Assembly (NCBI GenBank): GCA_964016885.1
Contig: OZ024740.1
Span: forward strand, 340,070,001 to 340,134,000
DNA length: 64,000 bases
Reading direction: 5' to 3'
Origin: Eledone cirrhosa
Taxonomy: Eukaryota
This document shows positions 14,893-28,419 of this stretch, one piece after another. How positions within the stretch are numbered: position 1 is the first letter of the stretch; every line of letters begins with the position of its first letter. Below the pieces are notes generated by a model, which made no database searches, had not been told where the DNA came from, and saw only the letters and a program-made list of their open reading frames with translations. A program made the position numbers and the translations under genes.

Positions 14893-15584
14893 ACACACAC
14901 ACTCACACATAGTGAGAGAGACGGGCGAGGAGATAAAAGGTATAGAAAGAGTGAAACGATCGAGTGAGGGGAAAGAGAGAAGTAAGTGTATGTGTTCACC
15001 TGAAAAGCTCTGTCGTTTTATCTCAAGTTATGCATTAAAAGGTGACTGTAGAGGTGTATCGACGACAAAAGTTATGATAGGGTGGCGATGCTAGTATTAA
15101 GTAATGGTGGGGTAATGCGACTATTTTCTTTATTTATTGCGCCTCTACCTGTTCATATAACTTTATTTTTTAGATCTATATATAAACCCTAAATTACGGC
15201 GATATGTCTCTCTGTTACTCTACTGAGTACACATGGAGCATGTCCGAGAAAAAAGCAGGCAGTGTTGACACACAACACACGCACTAACACACATACACAC
15301 TAACACTCACACACACGCTCGCGCTCAAGGTGTAATTGACAGCTCAAGTAACTAGATTATTACAACTACTCTATTATATTGGTCGATATAAACAAGAGAT
15401 TTGTGTCTCGGGACGTTTACTTTAGAGCGAGAAATAGGCACGGTTTCAAATAATTTCTAACATTAATGAGATTTAAATTATTCCACTAAAAGTTGGGGAC
15501 ATTTTACATTAGGTATTTAAAATGACAGCGAATTAAAGGAAAGGGTGAAACCGTATAACTGTTTTTATCTTTCTTTTTCATATT

Positions 15585-15980
15585 TCTGGTGTCATTGATC
15601 CTGGGGCTACCTCCCTACTCACGGCCATAGGCGCTGAGCTGATAGACCGCAGATGTGAGCCTCGCGAAATGGAATGGCTTTTCCAGCGCATCTCTCTCAC
15701 CATCCTCCGGGGAAACGCCTTCTCTCTTCTGTCCGCCGGGGCCGTGGGGCTGCCAGTGCGAGGAACCCCGTTTGTTCATAATAGTGAGTGATGTGGAGGG
15801 CGAAATTAGCGGATGCGATGACAGTGGGAATTCGGCTCCTCTGTGCCCGGGCCTGGTGTACTTGTGTGTGTATGTTTACTTCCATTACTACCACAACCTC
15901 CAAAAGTATAACTTCTTTTTTATTTGTAATGTCATTTATTGCAAATGTTTCCTCCTTTTATAATGTAAAGAATAAAATTT
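15585..15980 (+). mobile_element. CRE-clade non-LTR retrotransposon 3' fragment
   Basis: Frame GVIDPGATSLLTAIGAELIDRRCEPREMEWLFQRISLTILRGNAFSLL, similar to WLFHRLSLSITRGNA at 38995; AT-rich 3'UTR ending in aataaaa. Confidence 0.7.
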
Positions 15981-17310
15981 ATTTGTACTGTATAAAGAGG
16001 AAATTCAAGGGATTTGTGTCTATAAATTTTTACTTATCCTTAGACACGGGAGCGGTTACAAATGAAAGTAAAGAAAATATAAAACATTGATCCTAAGATC
16101 AAAGTTATTCAAAAGTTATTCAAAACATTGGTTATGTTTAGCTTTAGGTATATAAAGTGGCTGACGATAACATTAAAGGAAAAATGCCGACAATAAAATG
16201 AAACAAATAAATCTGCAACACTTACTGTAAGATTATTTCTTTTCTAGGATACATATTCGACTGTCTCATCTTGTTGAGTTAATTTATTGGTGGGTGGCAC
16301 GGCTGCAAGCTGTCTATTGTGGGGGAACGATTGGTATCGAAAAAACAAATCACACATATATCATTCGGAAAATAAATTATCACAAATAAATTTTTCAGTT
16401 TATTCATTTTAAAAAAAAATTAATGGCATAAATTTACAACCTTTCGTTTGAGTTTCAACCACTTTATTGTCTGCCATTTTATATACCTAAAAGTAAACAT
16501 CCCATAAAGATTCTCATAATCAACGTCTTGTGTGTTTTCAACGTCTTTCATGTTCAAATATCCATTTCTTTCCGAGTTTTCGCAGTCTAATCATCAAGGT
16601 TGTCTTGCATTTAGACATTTTAGAACCTTTTAAACCTCAGAATCCTCCCGTTTTTATTTCTATGAATTAGCGATAGCAACAACTATAAACTTCTGTATTC
16701 AAATCAAACCCGCGGGATTGGTGCGATTAAGGGTCAGCTTACGTTCTAAAAGTCCACGCCCGTCTCCAAGAAAACACACTTAAGCAAAAAGGATGCAGTC
16801 TGCAGTCGTGGTAAGAATGAAACTGAAAACGCGCCTCTGACCCTCAGCTGTTTGTTAGTCGGTGTCGCCTGGATGCTCGAGCCGGTTTTAAGATCCAGTC
16901 TACTTCTGCATATATGTGAGAGATCATTGTGAAGCCATCATTTCAGAGGAGGTGGAATCATTTCTGAATGGGGGGGGGGGGGACCAAATTTGGACAATTT
17001 AGTTGTAGTGATCAGATTAGCTCTTTGCATTCTAAAATGGTCGATATGCAATAAACATAACATGTACATAATTGTACCGCATATCCAAATAGATGTGTGT
17101 TTTCGTAGTTTAGGGATAAAATATAATTATTGGAAGAGGAACCGCCACTGTATATATATATAATTAAAAGAAATTATGCTCTGCGCCCTTTCCTAAGGAG
17201 TTAATATATCGAGCTTCTTCGCATTTGGTAAGAAACTGGTATTATACCCAATATATTCATTTCCTATATATATATATATATATATACATACATACATACA
17301 TATAGATAGA

Positions 17311-19851
17311 TTTCTTTATTTACCATAAAGGCATAAAAAGAAGGGACAAATACAAAGGGGGAGTTTACATATAATCGAGTAAAAAGGGTGTAACATGAAA
17401 ATAATCGAAAATAACCTCAAAAGGGAGGGGACGTGATGGTGGTTGCACACACCCCCGAAAAAGTGTGCAATCCTTTGCCCGGGGAGCACATGGAGAAGGT
17501 GCTCCCCTCTCCTTTACTTCTTTACCTACATGATGGTATACAGAGAAGGCCCATTTACACGAGCCATTCTCGCCACTATCACCCACCTTTCATAAAACTG
17601 CCTGTGGCCAAGCACCTCTCTCTCCATTCTTATCCTTCTTCCGAAGTGATATCGGAAGGAGTAGACCAGACTATGGCCAGAGAGGAAGTTGCCTGACCTC
17701 AGACCTTTCAATCGTGTCCACCAAACAACCTCTTTCAACATGGCTATTACGCACAGAAAAACCGCCTTTGCTTCCTTTGTGAAGAGGGGAGGCGGTTTGA
17801 TTGTCATCACGGACTCGGCGGTCAATTTAATCGGCGCCACCCGCGACAGCAGTCGTTCGGTGTAGCCCCACAGATCAGCCACGCCCGGACATTGCACCAA
17901 TGCGTGCGCAACGGTTTCTTCGTGACGCACGCATCTAGGGCAAATCTTTTTTGAGGGATCCCTGCCCGGGCGCCCGTGTCTGTAGAGCCTCTCTCGAACG
18001 GGTAGAGCCCCCCCCCCCCCGGTAGCACTGCCAGGCCAGTGACTTCTGGAAGTTGTCCATTGGTCCTGGGCCGAAAGTCCTACCGAACAGGCTGGCCAGT
18101 TCGTCTTCTTCCATGTCCAGCGACTCTCCAAGGGTGTCATCGCCCCTGCTAGCCACCAGCCCTCTATAGAATGATGAGGTGGATTCTCCACCGATGGCCG
18201 GGCCCGCTTGCCAGAGAGCCCTGAGCGCCTGAGCACACTCAGTGTGCCAGTCTCCCAGTTTTCCGGATCTTTGCTTGACCCAGGACTGTAGCTCGGTGAG
18301 CGAGACGAGTCTCGGAAAGGCTCGTTTCACGAACGGAGCCCACACCGGTTGACCAGTGAGGAATACCTGTAGGTGCCGTAGCCTTAATGCGTGCCTACGC
18401 ATCATCAACCACGGCATCCCCAGCCCTCCTTTCGAAGGTTGTTGGCAGTAGATGGATCTTCTCACCATAGGAGGGCGCTTCTTCCAAAGAAATTGGAAGA
18501 GCATGCGTTCCATGGTGGTGAGTGTTTCCTTAGGGCAAGGCACAACAGTCAGGCGGTAGTAAGTGACGGACGCTATGTAAATGTTCGCCACCTCCGCCCG
18601 GCCTTTTAGGGACAGCTTACACTTGGCCCATTTCTGGGTTAGTGCAAACACCTTGTTCGTAACCTCGTTCCAGTTCTTTTCCACCTGGAGGTCCGGTCCA
18701 AACCAGACCCCAAGCAACTTTACCGGGCCCTCCGTCCAGTGTCCGACGACACCGTCAGGAGGCATCGGTCTGCCTCTCCACGTTCCGAGTTGCAGCCCGA
18801 TGGATTTTTCCCGGTTCAGTTTCGCTCCTGACAACCTGTCGTACTCCTCCAGTAAGGTACCGATCGCCTCGATCTCCGAGTCGGTCGATACCATTATTGT
18901 TACGTCATCGGCGTAGGCCGACACCGCTTTGCTCAATCCTGGTTCCAGGGGGATACCCTGCAACAACTCCAACTTCCTCAGTAAAGGCTCGAGAGTCAAT
19001 ACGTACAGAAGGGAGGAGAGAGGGCACCCCTGTCGAATGGATCGTGTGATTTCGAACGGCTTCGAAAGGTAGCCGTTCACCTTGATCCTAGAACAGATGT
19101 GGTTGCTATGTAAGGCAGTTATCCAGCCTCTGAAAACAGGACCGAACCCAGCCGCCGCTAGCACCGCATCCAGGTAGCCATGGTCGACCCTATCGAAGGC
19201 CTTAGACTGATCCAAGTTGATCAGGGCCCCACCGAAGCCGGGTTTGTTGCCAACCCTCTCTATGATGTATCGCATGAGGTGGAGGTTATCGTGAATGGAT
19301 CTGGATGGGATAGCACATGTCTGCGCATCTCCCACCAGGCCACCCACGACAAGCGCCAACCTCTTTGCTAACACCTTGGCCAAAATCTTTAACTCTGTGT
19401 TTAGCAGGGTTATGGGCCGAAAATTATTTATACTATCCCCCTTGTTCTCGTCCTTCCTCACCAGCGTGACTACGCCCTTGGCTACAGAACAAGGAATTCT
19501 CCCGTTCTGCTGCCAATTGCAGTAGACCGCTTCGAGGAGTTCGGAGAAGAAGACCGGCATTGCTAAATAAAGTTCGTAAGGTATACCATCGAGACCTGGA
19601 GATTTGCGTCTGCTGCATTGGCTCAGCGCATCTCCGATCTCATCAGCCGAGATTGGTCCCTCGCAGGACTCTGCCTCTTCGCTCGAGAGACACGGCAGGC
19701 CGTCGAGGTATGGACCGAAATCCACGCCCCCGCCCGGACCCTCGCCTCCCCCGAACAATCGGGCAAAGTGCCTTTGAAAGGCCTCGCACATCTGCTTAGG
19801 CTCCCGGATCACCCGTCCATCTTCGTCTTGCAACGACCGGATGGTGGATCG
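17311..19851 (-). mobile_element. 5'-truncated Tx1/L1-clade LINE (ORF2 RT plus C-terminal cysteine-rich domain)
   Basis: KSPGLDG, FRPITLLN, LDQSKAFDRV, IRQGCPLS, AYADD, CPRC...ETVAHALVQC; one frameshift in the C-run at about 18010; candidate TSD atagataga. Confidence 0.93.
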
Positions 19852-19866
19852 ATAGATAGATAGATA

Positions 19867-22282
19867 CAGTTGTCCCCCGGTATTCGAGGGGGTTACGTTC
19901 CTGGACCACCCGCGAAGAGAGGAAAACACCGAATATTGGACATGGTCCATAAAAATGCCTATAAACATCAAAACTGTAGCGGTTGTCTCCCTTGTTTTGA
20001 TTGGGATCTAGACGGGAAGTGGAACCCTTTCTGCAACTTCCGGTCAGAGCCCTATAAAACTAACAACGTTAAGCTTCCTTCCTCTCTCTTTGCCTTTTCG
20101 GCACCAGGTCAAGAGTCTTCTCATTTGGCTCTGCCATTAATTTGGCCAACCGGCGCCTGGCCTTAGCCAGGCGCCCTCTGCCAGCCGCGTTTGCCTGGCA
20201 ATCAAAACGGTAACTACTAACTTTGTTTCATTCTAACATCTATCTTTGACATGTCAAGTATTCTATCTACCGTTAATTAAATATTATATACACAAACATT
20301 GTCTCGTTTTGTTACATTCATACAACCAGTAATCTCGCTATATTGGTGACCCTGACGTGATACGAACACGCAGCCGTTCATCGCTATAAGTGGTCACCCC
20401 CAAAAAAAGAAAAAAATAGCACATCTGGTTTTGTGAGTAACATTACGAATACACGGCAAATTTAGCGACAAACTATGAAAATACTCAAGGACACGCACAC
20501 ACGCACATGTGGAATTCGCACAGACATACTTTTTCTCTCACGCATCAATTAACTGTCGCATTTCACCAATATATATATATATATGTTTCTCGTTTCTTAC
20601 AACGAACACTTTCAAAACAAAAAAAACATTTCACGATATATATATATGTTTCTCGTTTCTTACAACGAACTCTTTCAAAACACACAAAAAAAAAAAAAAA
20701 AAAAGAAATTTGATATTCTTTAAAAAACATTTCAACAGGAACATTTATTTTCGATGAACCATTGCCTTTTGTTCTTCGTTTTCTTCATCGTTCAAGTTTT
20801 TTTTTTTTTTTTTTTTTTTTCCAAAAGTTCACACCTATAATTATGCTGATTGAAGCTTTTCTTTTTCATCATTGTCACTTTCAAAATTGCACTATCATTT
20901 TCTCGCGCGTTAGAAATATTTTTTTTCAACCTTGTATTGGCACGTGTAGGCAGCATAAATTCTCGATTCACTGAGATGTCTCTTACTCACAGACAGCCGC
21001 ACGCCATTTATCACCAGGGATTCTTCAGCCTTAAGCTATATTCTTCTATTTGCCGGTTTATAAATTTACAATGTAAATTTACCGTTGATAACCGCGCATT
21101 TATTAAGAATGCTTATTTCTCTGGTCGCTGGCCTCTTGACCCTTCCAGGTCAACGCATTCTCAACATCGACCATCAACTTCGGCTGCTATTTCTAGCACT
21201 TTGCGCAACTCATTTTTTTCTAAAAAAAAATTTTTTTACTGTGAATTTAAACACCGAATACGCTCACTCAGCGAGACAACAGCAGCAGCAACAGCAATAT
21301 AACAGCAACAGCAATACATCAACACAGCTTCACCAAAGCCAGAGAATTTATTTTTGCAGCACTCTTCCTGTGAGAAAATCCATTCGGAGGTTGGAAATTT
21401 CACGATGTACCACAGAACAGAAACCACCTGCATTCATTCTCTGGAACACACTTTCTTTCCTGCTGTCATGTGATTGCACACCTGTGAACTATATTTTGAA
21501 CTTTGAGCTCTTCTATTACTTTTACTTTATTACATTGTATCTTTGGGTGATGGATAGATGGATGTCCAGTCGTTCTCTGGCCAAGAGCGGTTGGTTACCT
21601 TGATATCTATCATTGATTTTTCCAGACATTCTTTTGTCGTAATTTCCATGCCTGTTACAACATTCTCGCCAACTTGCTACATATTTTCATTTCGATTTTT
21701 ATACACTAAAATTCTGGCGGGAGGTTATGTAGCGGTTGTCTCCCTTGTTTTGATTGGGATCTAGACGGGAAGTGGAACCCTTTCTGCAACTTCCGGTCAG
21801 AGCCCTATAAAACTAACAACGTTAAGCTTCCTTCCTCTCTCTTTGCCTTTTCGGCACCAGGTCAAGAGTCTTCTCATTTGGCTCTGCCATTAATTTGGCC
21901 AACCGGCGCCTGGCCTTAGCCAGGCGCCCTCTGCCAGCCGCGTTTGCCTGGCAATCAAAACGGTAACTACTAACTTTGTTTCATTCTAACATCTATCTTT
22001 GACATGTCAAGTATTCTATCTACCGTTAATTAAATATTATATACACAAACATTGTCTCGTTTTGTTACATTCATACAACCAGTAATCTCGCTATATGCCT
22101 ATAAACATCAAAACATAACCTAAAATATAGGGCGGCAAATACAGTATATTGTTATTAATAATTTAGCGTTAAAAAGCGTAAAAAAATATATATTGCCACG
22201 ATAAAAGCCATTAAAAATTCATTTACGATTCCGCGAATAGTTAGGTTCTGATGAAAAATCCGCGAATGCCGGGGGTACATTG
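19867..22282. mobile_element. Tigger/pogo-like MITE interrupted by an LTR element
   Basis: Imperfect 23-bp TIRs cagttgtcccccggtattcgagg / ccgcgaatgccgggggtacattg, each flanked by TA. Confidence 0.75.
19975..22095 (+). mobile_element. Non-autonomous LTR retroelement (TRIM/LARD-like), LTRs 19975-20342 and 21728-22095
   Basis: Two apparently identical 368-bp direct repeats (tgtagcg...cgctata), tRNA-Trp-type PBS at 20344, PPT-like ggcgggagg before the 3' LTR, non-coding interior. Confidence 0.92.
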
Positions 22283-22419
22283 TATATGACAAAAGAAGAA
22301 TATTACAAGAAATCCCATATTTACAAACCTACACTATATAATTACTGATTTACCAAATCCCCCACCCCCTTTATTGCCACCCCTCCTATTATTTAGAACC
22401 TGAGAGTGCCACCAAACTT

Positions 22420-22972
22420 TCCTCCTCTCTATATCACACAAAACTCTCTTTTAACCCCCCTCTCTGTATCTACTAAAATCAAACTCTACCCCTCTCTAAT
22501 ACCACTTTCTATATCTAAGATTAATACATTATCTCACTCTCTATAAATATCTACACTTATCTCTCCCAATCCCCCTCTGTATATCAATCACCCCTAAACT
22601 CTCACCCTCTCTATATCTACTACACGGCACTCTTCCATTATCCTTCTCTGTATATCTACAACTAGCAAATTCCTCCTTTCTCTATATCTACCACACGGTG
22701 CTCTCTTCCAATCTATATCAATTAACACAAAACTTTCCCCCATCTCTGTATCTACTACACGGAACTCTCTTCCAACACCCCTCTATATATCAATTAAAAC
22801 CAAACTCTCCCCCCTCTCTATATCTACTACACGGAACTCTCTCCTAACCCCCTCTCTATATCTACTACACGGAACTCTCTTCCAATTCCCTTCTCTATAT
22901 CAATTAACGCCAAACTCTCCCCTCTCTACATCTACTACACGGAACTCTTCCAAACCCCCTCTCTATATCAAT
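22420..22972. repeat. Degenerate CT-rich minisatellite (ctctatatctactacacggaactctc-type), resuming at 28661-28790
   Basis: Recurring motif on both sides of the Tx1 insertion. Confidence 0.75.
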
Positions 22973-23178
22973 TACCACTTGATATAGACGTGAATTACTT
23001 CGCTCCGGATTTTTACGGATTATTGTCAAAAAAACTGTGAGTTCATTGCTCAATTTAATAGCATTGTTTAGTTTAACCCCTTGCCTGGCCTTCAGACGTT
23101 GAGTCAACTAATTTTCGCCACTTTCTGGGCCGAAATTTTCATTTTCATCTCAAAACTGTGTAGACTTGGTAGTCAGCA

Positions 23179-24963
23179 ATGGATGCCATTTCCACCTCGC
23201 ACACTGTCGTGAGTGCCACGCCCACTAAGAAAAGTGGTGGAGGGAAGGTAGGAGTACAAAGCTTGCAGCCTTCCCCCCTCGCATTATCGAAAAACGTTGA
23301 AAATATTGAAACCACGAAACCAAACCCGGTAAATAATACCAGCACCAACAACAAGAACAATGACAATAACACCACAACCAACAACTGCAACAATAGCAAC
23401 ACCAAGGAAAACATGAACAATATTATCAACAGTGACAACAACAGCAGCAACAAAAAAGACAACAACACCAAAACAACATTCGCACAGACTGTAAAAGAAA
23501 AACGAACTATACACGCCAATAGACATAACAAATGCTAAACAACTATTACAAGACGCAAAACAATTCGTGACTTTTGGCGAAAACGGTGCTTTTAGCATCA
23601 ATTCTCCACAGGAATTACGTAGAGAGGCTGTCCTGAAAACTATGGTTTTCAGGACAATATCGAACGCAACAAGAAAACCAGCTCAATTATCACAAAATGA
23701 AATTGTGCTGGTTCTAAAAGATGCAATGAAGGACATAACCTTCATACAAAAAGGTAAACTGTTTGGTAGCATTTCGGTGCTAATGAACAACCAGTCAACA
23801 GCACAAAAGTACTCGGTATCACCCATTGTGTCCCCCGCTTCACCTTTTTCCCCACATACAGGGGGAAAAGGACACAAAGAATAAAAATAACACACCAAAT
23901 GTAAATATTTGGTGGATACTATGTGGAATCATTGACTTTGATGAAGACAAGATAATTTCAATAGGAAAGTCCTCCGGGGGTGTATTTGGTGGGACCAGCG
24001 TAGAAGTTCTGGTGCAAATGAGCCCAGAACGAATAGCGAATATCCCACAACGCGTGCCTCTGGACGGGCTAACTTATATAAACATTTCAGTGGAGGGAAG
24101 GCGGCCGTCATGTTACCACTGCTTAAGCAGGGGTCACCTGAGGGCTGCCTGTCCTCAATTAACGAGTCAAAAAAAAAAGGCTCTTCTGCCAACCCCGAAC
24201 ACAACAACACAACCACCACCACCACCACAACAACAACACGGAAAAATAACAACACAAAACACTGTTCCACCCAACCCCTCCCCACCTAAAACAAATACAA
24301 AAGCAACCACAACAAAACCCCAAAATATACCACTCCCCAACAACATGGAAGAGGACTCCGTATCAACGTCACCCAGTGACGACGAGGGAGAACCCTTTCA
24401 ACAGGTGAAAAGGAAAAAAAAAAGGCGCCACATTAACAAAAATGCTACAAACACACAACCACCAGCACAAACAGAACAAACATCACAAACAAAAAAACCA
24501 CCCCTCCCCAAAACATAACACATACTACAAAACGCAAACACGCACAAGAACAACAAACAAAAACAAACACAACACAACAAAAACTCTATACATACATTAA
24601 CAAGAACAATAAAACTTTAATGAAAGCGATAGAAAATAACCCTTTGGTGGAAACCGAAGGGATCACTTTCACCTACGCAGCGAACAAACCGCACCTAATG
24701 ATGATTAGGGTCCCAACGGAAACCTATGTAACTTTGAAAAAGAACCATCCAATGCATGTGGACACCAACTGCACCAAACCACATAACAGCGTCCTATTGA
24801 GATGTTTCCCCACCCCCACACCAGACACCCACACCCACCAAACACCCTAATCCCACCACACACTGATGTCCTCACCCCACCACAAACCACCACCCCACCA
24901 AACAACACTTCCAACACCCCCATGGAAATTGTGCAGCCTGGTCCCCAGGAGACGAAGAGGTAA
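23179..24963 (+). pseudogene. Tx1 ORF1 (gag-like, CCHC knuckle), frameshifted
   Basis: CYHCLSRGHLRAAC knuckle, a TFAQTVK motif and a basic PFQQVKRKKKRR motif, split over several ORFs. Confidence 0.8.
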
Positions 24964-25005
24964 GTAATTTCCTCTCCTCTTCCTTTTTACCTCTTCAGCA
25001 CCAAC

Positions 25006-28000
25006 ATGGCCAATATAAGAGTTGGATGTGTGAATGCACGCGGCTTGGGGATGTCCTGGAAACAGGGCAAACTCTTAAATGACCTCAGGTCGCATAGAGT
25101 GGATATAATGGTTATTTGCGAGTCCAGGATCAGCAGCGAGCGCCAACTGGCCCCCATCTTCGACGACTTTGAGATCTACGCATCTCTCTGTCAGCCGAGG
25201 GGTGGGGTGGGGTTGTCGTTCTGCTGCGAAAATACCTGGGTCTTGCCACACAGAAGGTACACCTGGACCCGGAGGGTCGACTGGTGGTTTTAGACGTTGG
25301 CAGTGGTGAAGGTAGAGCTTTCAGGCTGGTGGCAGCGTATGCCCCATCTGGGACACCGCGACCGGACTTCTTCCGACGCCTGGAGATTTTCCTGGGAACG
25401 TCTCGCTCCTTGCTTTTAGTGGGGGACTGGAATGGTATCCTGGATGCACGTTGGGACTATGTAGGGGCATGTCCCGATAGAGGGGGGTGTAACAGCCTCA
25501 AACGATTAATCGGCCGATTTGATCTGGCCGATAGATATCGACTAGATTTTCCGACTGTGCCACGTTGGATGTGGAGTAATCTCAGCGGAACATCTAGGTC
25601 GTACTTAGATAGGTTCCTAGTTAGAAATAAGGATAGGGACATATTAAGCTGTCCACGAATGTTCATGGTTGACTATTCGGATTACAAGTTGGTGACCGGA
25701 GTGGTCAACCTTGATAGAACTCATAGACAGGGACCCGATTACTGGAAGCTAAACTTGTCTTTACCGACAAACAAAGCTTACAGTAAGCGGATTAGCACAC
25801 TAGTTAAGCAGCGTTTGACGGGGGCAATTGTCAACAACAGGTGGTGGGGCTCTCACAAGAGAGAAATTAGAATAGAATCGATAGGTTTTAGTCGGGAATT
25901 AGCATCAGATAGGAATAGAACTGAAAGGGAATTAACAAATAGAGTAGAAGAGGCGATTAGGAGTGGCAACGTGGCCGGCGTGCTGGCGTCAAGAACGGCC
26001 CTAGACCAGTTCTTTGATGCGAAGGACGAGGGCTGCGTTGTCAGGAGTAAAATACGTGCTCTGGGTAACGAGGGAGCCAAAGCTGTTAGCTGGGCCCGAG
26101 TGACAGAGGCAAAAAGTGGAAACAAGTCCACGATTCGGTCTTTGAAGGACCAGGATGGAAGCGTGATCCTTGAACCTGAGCGGATGAGCGCGGCCTTTCA
26201 ACGGCGCTTTGCACGACTGTTCGGGAGGGGCGGCGGGACGGGTGGGGCCATGGATTTCGGTCCATACCTCGACGGTCTGGCGCGGCTCTCGGACGGGGAG
26301 GCGAAGTCCTGCGAGAGGCCGATTTCAGCCGCTGAAATAGGGGAAGCGCTGAGCCAATGCGGCAAACGCAAATCTCCGGGTCTCGATGGTCTACCATACG
26401 AACTTTATGTAGCGATGCCGGGCTTGTTCTCCGGTCTCCTCGAGACGGTCTACAGCAACTGGCAACAGAACGGGATAATTCCCAGTTCTGTGATCAAGGA
26501 CGTAGTCACGCTGGTGAGGAAGGACGAGAACAAGGGGGATGACATAGATAACTTCAGGCCCATAACTCTGCTAAACACAGAGTTAAAGATTTTGGCCAAG
26601 GTGTTAGCGAAGAGGTTGGCGCTTGTCGTCGGGAACCTGGTGGGAGAAGCGCAGACATGCGCAATCCCGTCCAGGTCCATACACGACAACCTCCACCTCA
26701 TGCGATACATCGTAGAGAGGGTAGGGCCCTGATCAACTTGGATCAATCTAAGGCGTTCGATAGGGTTGACCATCGGTACCTGGATGCGGTGCTCGCGGCG
26801 GCAGGCTTCGGACCCGTTTTCAGGGGCTGGATTGCTGCAATGCACAGCAGCAACACCTGCTCAAGAGTCAAGGTGAACGGCTACCTCTCGGAGCCGTTCC
26901 AAATCACGCGATCCATTCGACAGGGATGCCCTCTCTCCTCCCTCCTGTATGTGCTGGCTCTCGAGCCACTACTGCGGAAGCTGGAGCTGTTGCAGGGAAT
27001 CCCCTTGGAACCGGGATTGCGGAAAGCGGTGTCGGCCTACGCCGATGACGTGACAGTAATGGTGTCGTGCGCCTCGGAAATCGGGCAGATAGGCACCTTA
27101 CTGAGGAATATGAAAGGTTCACAGGAGCCAAGCTGAACCGGGACAAGTCCGTCGGTTTGCAACTCGGGACGTGGAGGGGCAAAACGATGCCCTCCTACGG
27201 CATCGTCGGACGCTGGACGGAGGGACCGGTGAAGCTGCTCGGGGTCTGGTTCGGACCGGACCTCCAGGTGGAGAAAAACTGGGACGAGGTAACGGGCAAG
27301 GTGTTTGCACTCGCCCAGAAGTGGGCCGAGTGCAAACTATCCCTGAAAGGTCGAGCGGAGGTGGCGAACGCTTATATAGCGTCCGTCATCTACTACCGCT
27401 TGACCATCGTGCCTTGCCCAGAGAAAACACTCGCCAAAATGGAGCGCGCGCTCTTCCGATTTCTTTGGAAGAAGAGGGCTCCTTTGGTGAGAAGATCCAT
27501 CTGCTGTCAACACCCTTCGAACGGAGGGCTGGTGATGCCGTGGCTGACGATGCGTAGACACGCATTAAGGCTACGGCACCTCCAAGTATTCCTCACCGGT
27601 CAGCCGGTGTGGGCCCTGTTTGTGAGGCGAGCCTTTCCGAGACTCGTCTCACTCACCGAGCTGCAATCCTGGGTCAAGCAAAGACCGAGAAAAGTGGGCG
27701 ACTGGCACATTGAATGTGCCCAGGCGCTCACGGCCCTCTGGCAAACGGATCCGGCAATCAGTGTAGACTCAACCTCAACATTCTATAGAGGGTTGGTGCG
27801 CAGTAAGTGCGACGACGCTCTCGGAGAGGCTCTGGGCATGGAGGACGGCGAGCTGGCCAGTCTGTTCGGTAGGACGTTTGGCCCGGGACCGATGGACAAC
27901 TTCCAAAAGTCCCTGGCTTGGCAATGTTACCGAGGAGCTCTACCCGTTCGGGACAAGCTCTACAGACACGGGCGCCCGGGTAGGGACCCCTCGAAGAAGA

Positions 28001-28419
28001 TCTGTCCAAGATGCGTGCGTGACGAGGAAACCGTCGCACACGCATTCGTACACTGCCTGGGCGTTGCTGATCTGTGGGGCTATGTAGAACGACTACTGTC
28101 GCGGGTGGGACCAATCCGGTTGACCACCGAGAACATTGTCACGATCAAACCGCCTCCCCCTTTCAAAAACGAAGGAGAGGCGGTTTTCCTCTGTGTGATA
28201 GCCATGGCGAAAGAAGTTGTATGGTGGACAAGGTTGAAAGGGCTGAGGTCAGACACCTTTCTCTCCGGCCAACAACTGGTCTTTTTTTTCAAGTACCACT
28301 TTAGAAGAAGGATCAGAATGGAGAGAGAGGTGCTCTACCTTAGCAAGTTTTATGAAAGGTGGGTGAAAGTAGCGAGAATGGCTCGAGTGAATGGGCCTTC
28401 TCTCTATATCAGCCTGTAG
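25006..28419 (+). pseudogene. Tx1 ORF2 (APE endonuclease plus RT), three frameshifts
   Basis: NARGL, AYAP, GDWN, SYLDR and SDYK (APE); QGCPLS and YADD (RT); ORFs at 25006, 25284, 26657 and 27067. Confidence 0.92.

Noticed and set aside
16440-16620. Possible minus-strand exon (MKDVENTQDVDYENLYGMFTF or MADNKVVETQTK)
   Set aside because: Weak splice signals and no recognisable homology; cannot be supported without RNA data.
19852-19971. N-terminus of the 678-aa ORF 17935-19971
   Set aside because: Chance read-through from MITE and microsatellite sequence; Tx1 homology stops at about 19850.
20344-20375. tRNA-Trp gene
   Set aside because: Only the 3' 32 nt are present, with CCA encoded and directly next to an LTR, so it is a primer-derived copy.
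22248-22270. Other CTGATGA motifs (22248, 31570, 45933, and minus strand near 51465) as hammerheads
   Set aside because: No stem II followed by GAAA and stem III in the required arrangement.
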